From NCBI RefSeq assembly GCF_048593235.1, contig NC_133622.1, forward strand, positions 12,462,001 through 12,526,000: 64,000 bases of DNA, read 5' to 3'. The notes beneath the pieces were generated by a model. It was not told the origin of the DNA. It saw only the letters and a program-made list of their open reading frames with translations, and did no database searches. Origin of the DNA: Sminthopsis crassicaudata (Eukaryota). Positions within the stretch are counted from its first letter, which is position 1, and each line of letters begins with the position of its first letter. A program made the position numbers and the translations under genes. Below, piece by piece: positions 50,861 through 64,000 of this stretch.

Positions 50861-52424
50861 TCTCCCTACATTTCTTTTCTCCAGTTCCTTCAACCGACCT
50901 GTATAAGCCGTGAATCAAGACCTTCCACCATCCTTATTGCCTTGGATCGTAATGGCTTTTCCAAAATCTGATATCCAGAAGTGGCTGTGATACTCCAGAT
51001 GACATCTGACTAGATGGGCTGTCTCCTTTCAGGATTATGGCAATATGCTTTTTTTAGAATAGCAGAGGAACGTATATAAGCCGTTTGGATGGCTACATCC
51101 TATCTTAACTCATAAAAATTTGGGTTTTATTATAATAACCAGATCTTTTTCAGAGACAATATTGTCTAACCATACACAGGTAGCTGTGTGTCCTACCACA
51201 TATCATGCTGATAGGTGTTTAATAAGGTGTTTAATAAATTCTTACTTGATTGCTGCTTCATGTGTGATGCTTTTTTTTTTATTTATGTATTACTTTAAAT
51301 CAAACTTCCTCAACTTCATCTTATCAAAGTTGCCTCAATATGTCAGCCTGTTGAAATCTGTTTGGTTTCTTGAGTGTTATTTGCAATTTCTCTGCTTTTT
51401 ATCACCTGCAAATTTGATAATTATCCCATTTTGTCTTTGTCTAAGTCACTGCTTCAATTGCTTCACTTTTTAGATAAGGAGGCTGAGGTCCAGGGAGATA
51501 AATTACCTTGTGCTAGGACTGGGGCCAAAAAATCGGGGCGAAAGTATTGCAGCTCAGCACACCATCTATTAAACCACACTGATTCCACGCTGCCTTGCCA
51601 TGGGAGTTAGGACTCTCTTGTGAGCTTCTTTGCTATTTCCCATGGAGCTTAACAAAATTACTCCCTATATCCTTGCCATGTCGAGTTGAACATTTCAATT
51701 ACAAGGCATTGAATTCAATCCTTTAAAAGTAAAGCTATTCTTCTAAGATTTAAGAACACAATTTTCTCATGCAAAACATTATGTATTATTCCTAGTTTTA
51801 ATATGTATAGTTAGCGTTTAGAGCCTCTTAGTAAATATACAGGACAATCTTTAGTCTTTGAAATATTCAGGCAACTGAAACGGATTTTTCTCTGAACTTT
51901 CCTCATGCTGAGTTTTTGAAAATCCTCAGGTGCATGGCTTTAAGAAAATATCACAATGATGATTTAATAGAGAATGGGAAGGGAAGTTATAGATGACAGT
52001 AGGATATTAATAAAGGGATGTGTGTATGTTTTAGTATCTTTGAAAGCTAAGAAAGTGATTTTAAACAGATTAGTTGGCTGGTAGAAAAGTTTGGTATCCT
52101 GTAAAAATTAACCTCAGTTTGTTCAGTTATTTGGAAATTGCATCTTTTCATGTTCATTCCTTCCTTGCCTGCCAACTCTACTCAATTCAGAACTTATTCA
52201 TCACCAGATAAGTTCATGGGATGCTTTTCCAAATCCTTAAGGATGTGAACTCTGCTGAACACCAGGTTGCAGTATGACTAAGGGCCCTGGATGTCAACCA
52301 TGGCACAAGGACACAGAGAAACACACTTTAGAGGGTTATTATGAGTTATTACTAGTGAGAATACTCTGGGATGTTAAGGCAAAAAGATACCTTGTGGATC
52401 ATAGGGTGCAACTCTTTCAGGTAA

Positions 52425-52665
52425 TTATGTTGTTGTTTTATTAATCAGTCATGTCCTCGTCTTTGTGACTCTATTTGGGGTTTTCTTGGCAAAGATACTG
52501 ACTACTTTGCCATTTCCTTCTCCAGCTCATTTTACAGATGAGGAATCTGAGGTAAACAGGTAAAGTGACGAGTACTAAGTGTCTGAGGTAAATTTGAACT
52601 CAGGAAGATTCATCTTCCAGCCTTCAGGTCTGGCACTCTATGCACTAGGGGCCATTTAGTTGCCA
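52425..52665 (-). mobile_element. Mar1-type CORE-SINE
   Basis: TTTGGGGTTTTCTTGGCAAAGATACTG...GCCATTTCCTTCTCCAGCTCATTTTACAGATGAGGAA...TTTGAACTCAGGAAG. Confidence 0.9.
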
Positions 52666-52789
52666 CAATAATATTAATAACAATAAAATATATTAATAAT
52701 TATAGATTATATGTATATTATACATTACATATACATTAATAACTCATGTAATATTACATAAAAATATTAAAAACAATAAAATAGGTTTT

Positions 52790-52990
52790 GTGTAGTGTGT
52801 TAAGGTTTACAAAACATTGCAAATATGATTTGATTTAATCCTGCCAACAAAACTCTGAGATTAGTGTCATTGTTATTCCCATTTAACAGATGAGGAAACT
52901 GAGGAAAAATGAGTGAAGAAAATTTACCAGTAAAAGCCTGAGATTTGAATTCGGGTCTTCCTGACTCCCACTTTACCACTAACCAGATTG
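52790..52990 (-). mobile_element. MIR
   Basis: CCCATTTAACAGATGAGGAAACTGAGG; TTTGAATTCGGGTCTTCCTGACTCC. Confidence 0.8.
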
Positions 52991-54254
52991 GCTTTGTGTT
53001 GTTAGTCATTGGCTAGGAGGGAGAAGGCAGAAAATAGAAAGTGTTTCAAGAGAGAAGTCCCTAGAGTTTGGAGCTGACTTAAAACTCTGGTGAGAACTAG
53101 GAAAGGTGTCTAATGAGCAGGCTCTGTCCCTCTGAGCACTAATGACCAAAGTTTTCTTTATGTCAGTCATAAATGTGCAGATTTATAGAGCTAAAAAATT
53201 CTGGGCCAAGGGAGAGGAGAAGAGAGAACAGATTTTGACTTTCTCAAATCTGGGGAGTGTTCCCTTTCAGATGGGTCCACCAGCATCATTTTGAGGGCAT
53301 CTTCATGAGAGAGAAATGAAACCATGAGACATCAATACTCATTGACCGAAACAAAACTCGCAGAAGGAACCAGCACCACAATTATCAGCACATTGCCTTG
53401 CCCTGCATTTAATAGCTGAAATCATCCTTTTATGCTTTGCTTGTATCAGGGCAATATTAGGATTGCCACTAGGAGCCCAAGACAGCCTTCATTCATATTC
53501 TAATGAATCCCACAATCAGGGTTCACCAGTATTAAAATAAATAAACCATTTATGTTTAATAGAGAACCTCATTCAATTAAAAGCGAAGGAACCTTAATAT
53601 GGATTTTCAAAACCAACCCTTTAAAAAGAAAGCATAAATCAGAAAGTGACAAGCTTATATCATGATGGTGTTTTTTTTTTTTTCCTCAGCTAGAAAAAAA
53701 AAATAACTTCTAATATCTGGTTTAGGTTCTGGGCTACAAGGTTCATTCAAGTTCTTCTTCAATTTTTTTAACCTTTGCTAGAGATTTAATGAAGGCCACA
53801 CAAGGACAATGATTCAGTTAAGAGAGAAAGAGGCCAGAAATGCACAAAAGTGCAGGAAATATATTCATATTGTGGAAGCGAGAAAGAGTCAGCAAATTGT
53901 ATGAGCAGACCTTACAGAGAGAGGACTGACTAATCCCAGGTTTGCAGAGAAAGCTTCTGATTGTGCTCATGAAATCATGGACAAGGCCACATTTAGGCAG
54001 CTTCTTTCTTAAGTTGAATGTCTCCCATAGCTCACTGTGCTTCTAGTACGAAGGCTCTAGGACATAAAAGCAGTAGGGGAAGTGCTGAATTGGAAAGGAA
54101 GCAAAGCAGAAAGGACAGAGTAGGTGCATAAAGAAAAATATTACTCGAGTGAATCTGACTTCCTGTGGACCCCAGGCAGTCAGTTTTAATCCCTGCGTTA
54201 AACTAGGTAAAGTGAAATGATCATTTTTAGTTCTCTATTTCTCTTCATTTTTAT

Positions 54255-54830
54255 TTAGCAAATGTCTGTTAAGGTCCTACTATGTGCTAAGTGTTGAATA
54301 TACAGTTGAGGACCACATATCCTAGAATCGAGGGGAATCAGCAAATAACAAAATCTAGTTTCTGATCTTAATCCCAAACAGATATGAATATAAGTGACTG
54401 TAACTTAATCTTTAGTATAAGACTATAGGAAAAGTCCAAACTGAACATATGAGAACTTTAAGAGGAGAGATCGTGTGCATTGAGCAAATCATGAGAGTCT
54501 ACATGGAAGAGGTGGTACTGAAGCTGGATCTTAAATGAGGAGGGGAAGATGGGAGGGATGGACAGTCTACATAGGGAGACAGAAAGTATAAAGACTTGAT
54601 GTGTAGAGAAAGCAGAATAAAATATTGAATTACATTTGGCAAACAATGATTGGAAAACAGCGATGGGGAGTGAGAAACATTCCAATTTGACGGAATGTAG
54701 AGAACACAAATATGAACATTGAATTATTACTGAAGAGATGAAACAAAACCAGATTATGAAGGGTCTTGATTGGCACATTTTATTTGGGAGCAGATTGTGA
54801 GCAACAGAATGACACGATCAAAATTGTGAA
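54255..54830 (-). mobile_element. L2 3' portion
   Basis: AAGGTCCTACTATGTGCTAAG tail; GAAGAGGTGGTACTGAAGCTGGATCTTAAATGA. Confidence 0.75.
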
Positions 54831-56974
54831 TTACAAAAATGCGTTATACAAAGTGTAAAGAAATCATCTTCCCCTACTATATAGATGAAGTTTCTCTGTT
54901 TTGCTTTTCTAAGTCTCAGATTCTTCCAATACCATGAAAACTCCCGGAAACTTGATGAAAATTGATCCTATCCCAACTACTTTTCAGCTACTACTTTAGC
55001 AAGACAAACCAAGATAAAGTGAAAAACCAAATTATCCCATCATTTTGTTTTAATGACTGCCGATATATTTGACATTTGAGGGCTTTTGCTGTTTCTTCTA
55101 CCTTGAAAATTATGTTTTCTCTATTTTGCATTCCCACATCCTATTCACTCTTTGAAAACTAATCTTCTCTAAATCCTATTTCTCACTGATCTATTCTAAT
55201 TTTGAATACTATATCTAATTTATAGTGTTTCTAAGCTCCTCAAGTACTAAAAGTCTGTATCATATAATTTAATATTTACTCTTATTTCATCACCTAGATG
55301 CACACTCTCAAAGACTGGGAAGCACTTAACTGGAGGTTGGAAGCAGCTTCACAGGCACTTTAGTCACAATCCCAGCAAGCCCTTGGAAGTTGTGATTTCC
55401 TGTGACATAGGCAATACATATCAGCAGTGAGTTTTGAACCCAACCTTTTTTTTTGGAGCCAGGGACTAAGCCACATGTCCTAGCCTGCTTACCCAGCATC
55501 CTACCCTCCTTGTGCTTTTCCTTTGTGCCTACGAGAATGCTGGCCATCTAGGTACCATTTTCCCAATAGCTGTGGGTTTATTTTTTTTCCAAATTTTCCC
55601 CCTTCCATCAACTACCAGGAATTGGCTAGTTAGAGATATGCACAGAAATTTAAAACCATTGGGTACTTGGAGGGCATCATTTTCCCCTACAGAAGCATGT
55701 TGAGTATTAACATCCTTATTACTATTGTGTGTTTATGCTTAAAAAGTAAACTATTGGATTGCAATTTAATTTACAGTATTTTATTTGTCTTTATATCTTC
55801 TTTTAGTACCTAGTATGGCTTTTTTTTGGCAGAAGTTTAATAAGTAATTTATACACTGAATGAATGAATTTAGAAATTCTGGTTTTGTGTCCTGTGATTT
55901 TCTTACATTGAACATGAAGGAACTCACCATCACCCTAGAATTCCATGCATGTGGAGGTAACCATGTGATATCCCTTCCTTGCAAAGATATGTTTAGTTCT
56001 TATTTTTATCATTCTACAATTTAGCAAAAAGGAGAGTGAGCAGTCTTTCAACCAAAGAAAAAAGGTTGGTTTTGTCAAACCTCTGACACACGTTGTCCAT
56101 GTGACCATGGACTAGTCCTTTCAACCCTCAATTATCCAGACAAGTCTCTAGGGTTGAAAATTTCAAACAACCAAAGTACTCATCTGCATTAATAGATCTC
56201 TATGTGTTGGAAATCACAGTTCCAGCCCCCAATGCTATCTTTATTATTTAGCATTTAATGAACAGACTTAGCTGAACACAGAAGCTTTCCTGTACTGGAA
56301 ACCATCAGTTGGCACAATCTTCAGTGCTTGGGTTCTAATTTTGAAGAAATGCATTATGCTTATTTTCTGTATCAGTTAATAATGTTTTCACATTACTCAT
56401 GATTGCAGCATTATGTGCAGGGCATACAGATACATAGATTATAAAGACTCTGATAATTTCTGAAACAGAAATCTGCAAAAATGTTATATATGTATGTATG
56501 TGTGTATATGTGTGTATGGATCTGCTTAACAATAAGCAGTATTACATGGAATTATTTATATTTATAAGCATTTGCACATTGTCCAGAATATTAAAGAACT
56601 TTGGTATATCTTAAAGTAACTTCCCTTCTAACTCTTTAAAAATGAGGAAATGTCTTCTAAGAGTAGAAGTCTTTTAAGTCTTTTCAATTGATTTTTTCTG
56701 ATATTTTATACAGTTTTAAAGTTTTAAAAAATTCATTGTATCTACAGAATTTCCAATTAACATATTCTAATTAATAGGAATTATCAACTTTCAGAAATAT
56801 AGGAAGAAGTCTTCCAATGAATAACTTAACCACTAAAATATATAGTCTAAGGTTAGTTAAGATTCATTGAAATGAGAAAGAATTTTTTTCTAAACTAATG
56901 GTTCATTGGGATAACAGCCTGTTCTCTTGTTGATTCCCAGTTTATAATTATCCAAATGTTGCATCACCTTGGGT

Positions 56975-57233
56975 AGAAATTTCCTTCACAGGCTAATTGT
57001 ACACTATTTCAAAGTCCAATTCTTTTTGTACAGTAAAATAACTGTTTGGACATGTATACCTATATTGTATTTAATTTATACTTTAACATATTTTACATGT
57101 ATTGGTCAACCTGCCATTTGGGGGAAGGGGTGGGGGGAAGGAGGGGAAAAGTTGGAACAAAAAGTTTTGCAATTACCAATGCTGAAAAATTACCCATGCA
57201 TATATCTGGTAAATAAAAAGCTATAATAAAAAA
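56975..57233 (+). mobile_element. Young 5'-truncated L1 3' UTR
   Basis: CACAGGCTAATTGTACACTATTTCAAAGTCC...CCTGCCATTTGGGGGAAGGGGTGGGGGGAAGG...CCCATGCATATATC...AATAAAAAGCTATAATAAAAAA. Same family as 8257-8447. Confidence 0.9.
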
Positions 57234-57279
57234 GAAGTCTATTATAATTATTTTTCTATAGAAAATTATGAAATTATGA

Positions 57280-57775
57280 GCAGGCTGATTTAGAAAAGTC
57301 TGGAAAGACCTACATGAATTAATCCTGAACGAAATAAGAAGAACCAGGAGAACTTTGTACCTATTAAGACCAAGATTATGTGATGATCAACTGTGATGGA
57401 CGTGGCTCTTCTCAGTAATGTGGGGATTCAAGGCAATATCAATAGACTTGGGATGGAAAATACCCATCACATCCAAAGAGATAACTATAGAGACAGAATG
57501 TGGATCCAAGCATAGTATTTTCACCTTATTGATTGCTTTTTTTTCTTTCTCATTTAGTTCCTTTTGGTCTGATTTTTCTTGAAAGACATAACAAATATGG
57601 AAATATGTTTAAAAGTATTGCACATATTTAACCTATATCAGATTGCTTTCTGTCTTAGGGAAGCAGGAAGTAAAGGAGGGAGGAGCAAAATTTAAAACAC
57701 TAAGTTTTACAAAATGTATGTTGCAAACTATTTTTACATGTATTTGGAAAAATAAAATACTATTGAACAATTTTA
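57280..57775 (+). mobile_element. Older L1 3' end
   Basis: CTGGAAAGACCTACATGAATT, GATGATCAACTGTGATGGAC, TTTTTACATGTATTTGGAAAAATAAAATACT. Confidence 0.9.
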
Positions 57776-59689
57776 TAACAGTGAGGGTATGAAGATTGCA
57801 ACAAAGAAATAAACGAAATACCAATATCCTGTCTTTTGGGTAGCAACAACAATGACATTTATTTTTCTTGTTGTTTCATAAGGCGAGCAGTGTTTGAAAG
57901 CATTTATCAGATTAAAAGTTAATGAGAAAACCTAATTTCTTTCTAGATTCTACAAAATCAATTATCCTAAACAGAATCAGTATAGATTTTTACAGCTTTG
58001 AAAGTGATGTTATAGCCAAAAGGCTTATATGTTTCTAATGTCAGACTTCTGATACTGGCAATTTTATTCTCATATCTAAAAGAAAAGCAACAAAAAAAAA
58101 ATGCACAAAAGGAGGTAAAAATTAGTCATCCACTATCCTAAGTTACTTTGTACTTACAGGTTCATAGGATCGTTGTTTAGAATTAAAAAATATTTCACAG
58201 GATAACCTCAGGCAACCCCCCTCATTTTACAACTAAGGAAAGTGCAAAAATGGATAGTTAAGTGACGTGTCCAATATAACCCAGGAAATAATGGAGAGGA
58301 AAGATCTGGAGGTTGAGATCACTTGCAATGAGCATGTGATAGCTATCTTTTGTATATTTTGTCTCCAAATTGATTTTTTTTTCTACTGTAAATTTTGTAT
58401 TGGCTTAAATGTCTGTATATTATTTTTTCCTCCTTGAATTTATTCTCCAGGAGTTTTTTTTTTTTCCAGAGCCAATACACAGTAAGAAGGTTGAATGAAT
58501 GAATCTTAATGCTGACCATTTTCGGTGTATGAAAGCGACTAACTAGGATAAATTTACATGTAGATAAAACAAAGAAAAACTTCCAATTTATGAGAGTTTG
58601 TAAATATTGGAATATTTATAGTAGCATTAAAACACAATCGGAATACAAATAGAAAGAATTTCCTTTTATAGAGAGCACAGAAAGAGAATCAGTCTCTTCT
58701 ATATATTTGAATGTAAATTCAGAGAAAACACAAAGCATTTTATTTTTGTCTTTGTGTCTCCATCACTAACCACAATGCGTGCTACCTAATAGGTATTTTT
58801 GATGAATGAATGAATATTTGAGAAATGAATTAATATTTTAGGAGAACTTCTGTCTTCTCCAATTTGTGTTTTGGCTAGTTTTGTTTTTAACTCTTTTCCA
58901 TTCAGAAGACTAATAGTAGTAATCTTGTCTTCTCAACCTTTCCATTCTGTCAAGTGGGAAAATAAAACTATTTTAAAGGTCCACTTTGTCCCAAAATTCT
59001 AAAATTATTATTTAATATAGTCTTTTTGATGATTTTCCCCAACTTAACTTTCAGTAAGTTAAAAACAAACAAAAAAAAAAACAAAAAAACTCTCCAAAGG
59101 TGAGGCAGACTTATTGGAGGCAGTCTCTCATGTGGTTGGATGTTATAACTAGGATTATTTCTTCTTCTAAACTATTTCTTTATTATAAAGGAAGATAAAA
59201 TAGTCATGGAATAGGGAAAGGAGAGAAGGGAGAAGGAGTCTACTAAAATATGATGGTTGTGCAATAATAAAAAAACACTAATCATTTAAAAATTCATTGA
59301 ATAACAGCACTGATGGTTGAAATACTGGATTTGAATAGGGAGAAGTATGGATTTTAATATCTCCTCTGACATTTGCCAGCTTTATAACTATGGACAAATC
59401 ATCCGATCCCTTTAATTTTCACTTCTTTATATTTAAAATGGAGGAAATAATGTCTACATTATTTCTGCACACATTTTGGCGAGAAAATATATAGAAATTG
59501 AAAAAATTTTCTATAAAGGAGAAAATTATCTCATCATAAATGAAAACACAATGTAAACATCAGCTATTATTACAAAGGGAATGGTACTGAAATATATCCT
59601 CACTATTATTCAGTAATTCAAAATTCTTCAACTGTCTGGAGATTTGAATACATATCTTTTCTCTTTTGATGACATCAAATTAAAAAAAT

Positions 59690-60720
59690 TCAGTACAAAT
59701 AAATCCAATATAGCTAATATTAGAAAGGAAATCATTAATTAAGGAAATATAATTGAAGGAATTCACTCTTAAAATGTTTCATTTCCAAGATACATAAGGA
59801 TCTGATTCAAATTTATAAGAATGAGAGTCATTCCCCAACTGTTAAAGGGACTAAGGATATGAACAGGTAGTTTTCAAGGAAAGAAGCCCAAAATTTTCAA
59901 ATGAAAAACAAAACAAAACAAAACAAAAAATAAATGGTCCAAGTCACTAGTAATTAGAGAAATTCAAATTCAAGGAATTTTAAGCTTTCATCTATCATCA
60001 ATCTAATTAGAAATGCTGGCAGAAAAAAATAGAAAATAATATTTTGAAGGGACTGTGTGACACTTGACCCATTGATATATTATTGACAAAATGAGCAATT
60101 GGAACAATAATTCTGGAAAGCAATTTAGAATTATGGACAAAATGTTACACAAGAGCTCATGCTCTTTCATTCAGCTATGCTACTATAAGCCTGTACTTCA
60201 ATGAGATAAATGGAAAAAGAAAAGATCATATGTACAAAAATAGTCTTAGAAATTCATTTTCTTCTTGGCAAAAAAAACAAAAAACAAAAAAACAAAACAG
60301 GAAACAAAAAAGGATGATGGAATAAATTGTGGCATATAGTTGTGGCACATTATTGTATTGTAAGACATATATGAACTGATGCAGTGGAAAATAAGCAGAA
60401 CCCAAAGAATAAATAATACTATAACATTAATATTGATTAAATGAACAATTCTGAAAGACTTGAGAATCAATCTTGATTCCTGAGGACTGATGAAAAACAA
60501 CTCATAACAAATGAGACATGATAACCTAATATATACAAAAAGAACTACATTTTTGGATATGACTAATATGTGAGATTTTTGGTTTTGATCGTGTGTATGT
60601 GATATAGAGTTTTTGTATTCCTTTCTCCCTTTTTTCATCTCATTCTTGCTCTCTCTCTTCTCCTAACTTTTTCTTCCATAGAAGAGGAAAATAAGATGGA
60701 ATAAAAATGAATGATCATGA
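59690..60720 (+). mobile_element. Decayed L1 ORF2 C-terminus and 3' UTR
   Basis: GTCATTCCCCAACTG...GGATATGAACAGGTAGTTTTCA; ATTCTGGAAAGCAATTTAGAATTATG. Confidence 0.8.
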
Positions 60721-60891
60721 ATTGCAAATAATAAAAATAAAATGTGTAGCAGGCAAAAAAAAAGTTCAATGCAATATCTCCATTATTCAGGAAGTTGTTT
60801 GGACATATTATTAGCAGGAAAATGATTATAATAATTCACATTCATGAAACATTATAAAATTCCAAAGCACATTTTATAATAAATATGAAAT

Positions 60892-61025
60892 NNNNNNNNN
60901 NNNNNNNNNNNNNNNNNNNNNNNNNNNNNNNNNNNNNNNNNNNNNNNNNNNNNNNNNNNNNNNNNNNNNNNNNNNNNNNNNNNNNNNNNNNNNNNNNNNN
61001 NNNNNNNNNNNNNNNNNNNNNNNNN
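60892..61025. other. Assembly gap (134 N)
   Basis: Run of N. Confidence 1.
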
Positions 61026-62619
61026 GCTAGGTAAATTTGCCTCTATTTTGCAGTTAATGGCATAATACCTTTTACATTAGAGAATTTTGAAAGACGTATT
61101 CAATAAGTGAATTAATGGACACATTTGGACCTTGTAACTCTAAGTAGGACCCAAGTTAACAGAGTTTAACAGCTACAAGTGACCCCTTGACAAAGTTTTT
61201 GTTTTGCCATATTCCTTTGGCAGTACCTCCCTAATACTCTCCAAGCCCACCAAACTGAAGGAATACTTTATGGTTTCAAGCTCTCCGCCATCAAGGGGAC
61301 ACCAAGAAACAAATGAAACACTCCCTGCTCCCTGTCTCAGTAGAATGACACAAGTTAGGAGGGATCTCAGTAAGGATCTAATAGAACTAGAATGTAAAAA
61401 GCATTCCAAGAATGCTATACTTAACGGGGTAAGGCAAAGGAGAAAGAGAGAAAACATTTTAAAAGGGAGAGAGTTCAGGAAAGACCTTACGTAGAATATG
61501 GAATCTGAACTCTGCTTTGAAGAAAGCTTGGGATTCTGTGACCTAGAATGAGGATATTGGAGATAAATGTCACAGTTTTTCTAAACTTTGAACAACTAAA
61601 CAGGATTAAGGTTTCTTTATTGTGTACACATTCCATTTTTTACAGATTTACTCTTCAGATGCTACCATTTTTAGAACCTTGGTGCAATTATCCACAAAAA
61701 GGTAGTATGTGCCCTAGGTAAGAAGGCTCTCTATGCTTTGAAGCATATGCTTTGGGCTTTGCAGTTTCTGGGCTCATCCATTAGGTCAGTAAATTTTTCA
61801 TAACAATTTAAGATGATCTACCAAGCAAATATGCCCCCAGGCTGGGAGAGTTCCTTAAACAGATTGTTAATTTTCTGACTTGCTGGTCACCAGTATTTGT
61901 AACTTGACAGCTGATAGATTGCTTACATATTGCAATTTTGGCAAAAAATACCCAGACTGGTACAGGAAATGCTCAGAGCTTTGGAGCTATCTCAAAATGT
62001 TTAGATAGGAACTAATTGAAATTCTTTGGGCTGATTGAATATAACAATAAGCACAGGAACAGCTTCATAGCCATCCCTCAATGCTGAGTGCCAGAGACTC
62101 TGTAGCACTCTCTCGCAGAGAGAGATCAATCATCATCACATCATCAGTCATGACACATCATAAGACAAGGTCAGAAGTGAGACAGAAATTCTTTGGTATC
62201 ATGGCAGTTTTTAATGTGTGGAAGTCACTATCAGTAATCATCTTAAAAGGAAACACAATCATGATAAAGGTGAAGTTAAAAAAAATCTTTTCCAATTTAT
62301 TGAAAGCACATATTCAACCTGGCATAGGACAAAACTTTTATCTGAAGGGAAAAGCAAAAATCTTTTTTTGTACTTCCTGAAAATTCACACAGTAGCTTCC
62401 CATTTTGGAGTCCTAACTCAATCCCACCTATTTGATGGAACACCACATTAAAAATAGCCTTTCCCATTTCTTATCTCTTACAGTGCTAACAAAATTTATT
62501 TGGGATCATATAATCTATTATTATCTAATTATTTCATGTGTTGCCCTTCCACGGTCAAGATTCTGTAACTTTATAGACATATTTGAGATTAAATAATTCC
62601 ATAATTTCTTTAGCGGTCC

Positions 62620-62995
62620 AAAATGTCTCAGATTTCAAGGGAAATAATGAGAAAACTGGCAATGAAAGGGGTAGGGTATCATCAGCTTTCCAAATATTAC
62701 AAAGCAGCAATGGTCAAAATGATTTGGCATTGATTACAAAATTGAAAAGCACATCAATGGAATAGAGCAAACAAACAACAATGGAATAGAAGCATCCAAC
62801 AAGTTGGAATTGAAAGGTGTAGTCTAGTATTGAATAAACTCAAGGACATAAAATATAGAGAGAATGGGAAATAAACTGGATAACTAGAAAGGCAATTGGC
62901 AGAAAGAGGTGTGGATGAGCATTTCCCACACTCTGTAACAAATTCAAAATGAATTTGGGCTCTGAATATAAAAGGTGAATAAGCAGTTACAAATG
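62620..62995 (+). mobile_element. Decayed L1 ORF2 fragment
   Basis: TATTACAAAGCAGCAATGGTCAAAATGATTTGGCATTG (YYKA..IK..WYW-like motif); ACAAATTCAAAATGAATT. Confidence 0.7.
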
Positions 62996-63104
62996 TTAAC
63001 TTTTTCATGTTTGTTTTTTTTTTAAATTAAATGGGATGGCTAAATTCAAGGGAGTAAGATATATGACAGGGGAGGAGCAGCCCAGAGAATATATCTGAAA
63101 TCCA

Positions 63105-63275
63105 GAGTTACTTTTCCTCAGTTTCCTCATTTGTAAGATGAGAATTAAACTAGCCCTTACCTGCCTATTGTTGAAAACTTTAAATGAAGAAATAATTGGA
63201 AAGAGCTTAGCCCAGGGCTTAATACATGTAGAAATAGAAAAATGTTACTTATTATTGTTATTGTTTTTAGTAATA
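63105..63275 (+). mobile_element. MIR
   Basis: CCTCAGTTTCCTCATTTGTAAGATGAG core and TTA tail. Confidence 0.75.
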
Positions 63276-63919
63276 ACAATAGATTTTAAAATAAAAAAGA
63301 AAGTATTTGAAATTGAATATCTATTTTAAGAATTTTCTCTTTCCCCTTGGGCTAGTGACAACAAATTCAAACTTGGTACCAGATATTAACGACAGACCAA
63401 GATCCTAGGCACTTGACCATAGATATTATAATCTGTACCTGAACACTACTTGTAACAAGTCAATTGTAAGACTACTTATTTATAATCAAATAAGGAAAGG
63501 GGGATTAATTCTATTAAGACATAAATGAGTAATTATGATGAGACCTAAGATAAAGATGAATAATTAAAGCTACCAGATTACATATTTGATTGCTTTATTT
63601 TCTTAATTTGGTCTTCTGGCAGAATTTTATAAGCTTAACTGTGGCCTTGTTCTGTGAAGTTTCTTCACATATCGTATACCCAACTGAACTCTGTTTTTTA
63701 GTATCTGGTTAATTGTTTTCACTAACCCAATTATTACTCCAGATAAAAGTTCCCATTAGCCTAAATAGTTCAGAAGTACACATTCTGACTAAAGTGAAGG
63801 TAGGCGTTCTTCCCCTACTTGACTCTGTTCTTGTCTATTAGGTTCCCTTAAACAGCTTTGAATCTCTTTTTTTTTCTCCTCTAATTAATTCTGCACAAAA
63901 TCTTATGTTTCAAATAATA

Positions 63920-64000
63920 CTCATCATGCAAATAAGCACGACCATTTTGAAGATGATTGATTTTCACCGCACTCACTGACAGAGTGTAAACTGCTTGATT
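63920..64000. promoter_or_regulatory. Candidate developmental enhancer (octamer, PBX-HOX, MEIS and FOX motif cluster)
   Basis: ATGCAAAT 63926-63933, TGATTGAT 63954-63961, TGACAG 63977-63982 and TGTAAAC 63985-63991, all within 66 bp of TE-free sequence. Confidence 0.4.

Noticed and set aside
51222-51245. 12-bp tandem micro-duplications (also ~48244-48268) and small hairpins (~52190-52215, ~40894-40925)
   Set aside because: Expected at this frequency in 64 kb of AT-rich DNA.
1-64000. CRISPR arrays, operons, rRNA/snRNA/Y-RNA genes, NUMTs, intact ERV or viral ORFs, window-wide TGATTGAT enrichment
   Set aside because: None of these features was seen on reading both strands. The handful of TGATTGAT/ATCAATCA sites is about what base composition predicts; only the local cluster at 63920-64000 stands out.

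Overview
Non-prokaryotic window: AT-rich, CpG-depleted mammalian genomic DNA. The repeats point to a marsupial, plausibly an Australian dasyurid such as Sarcophilus (inference from WSINE1-type and Mar1-type CORE-SINEs, marsupial-type L1 ORF1 and 3' UTRs, and abundant L2, CR1/L3 and MIR). Much of the window is transposable-element debris: L2, CR1/L3, L1/HAL1, CORE-SINEs, two solo ERV LTRs with 6-bp target-site duplications, and hAT MITEs. There are also several microsatellites and a 134-N scaffold gap. The TE-free blocks look like intronic or intergenic regulatory DNA. I could not recognise any host gene, RNA gene, CRISPR array or intact viral gene, and most entries in the ORF track are chance or repeat-derived. 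A few candidate exons exist, the best at 18533-18760 (+), but none could be assigned to a gene. I did not find a convincing new biological system. The most distinctive direct observation is a 214-bp inverted templated insertion with a fold-back junction (303-516, copied from 1477-1690). Repeat family names come from recalled consensus motifs rather than a database search, and most repeat boundaries are approximate.
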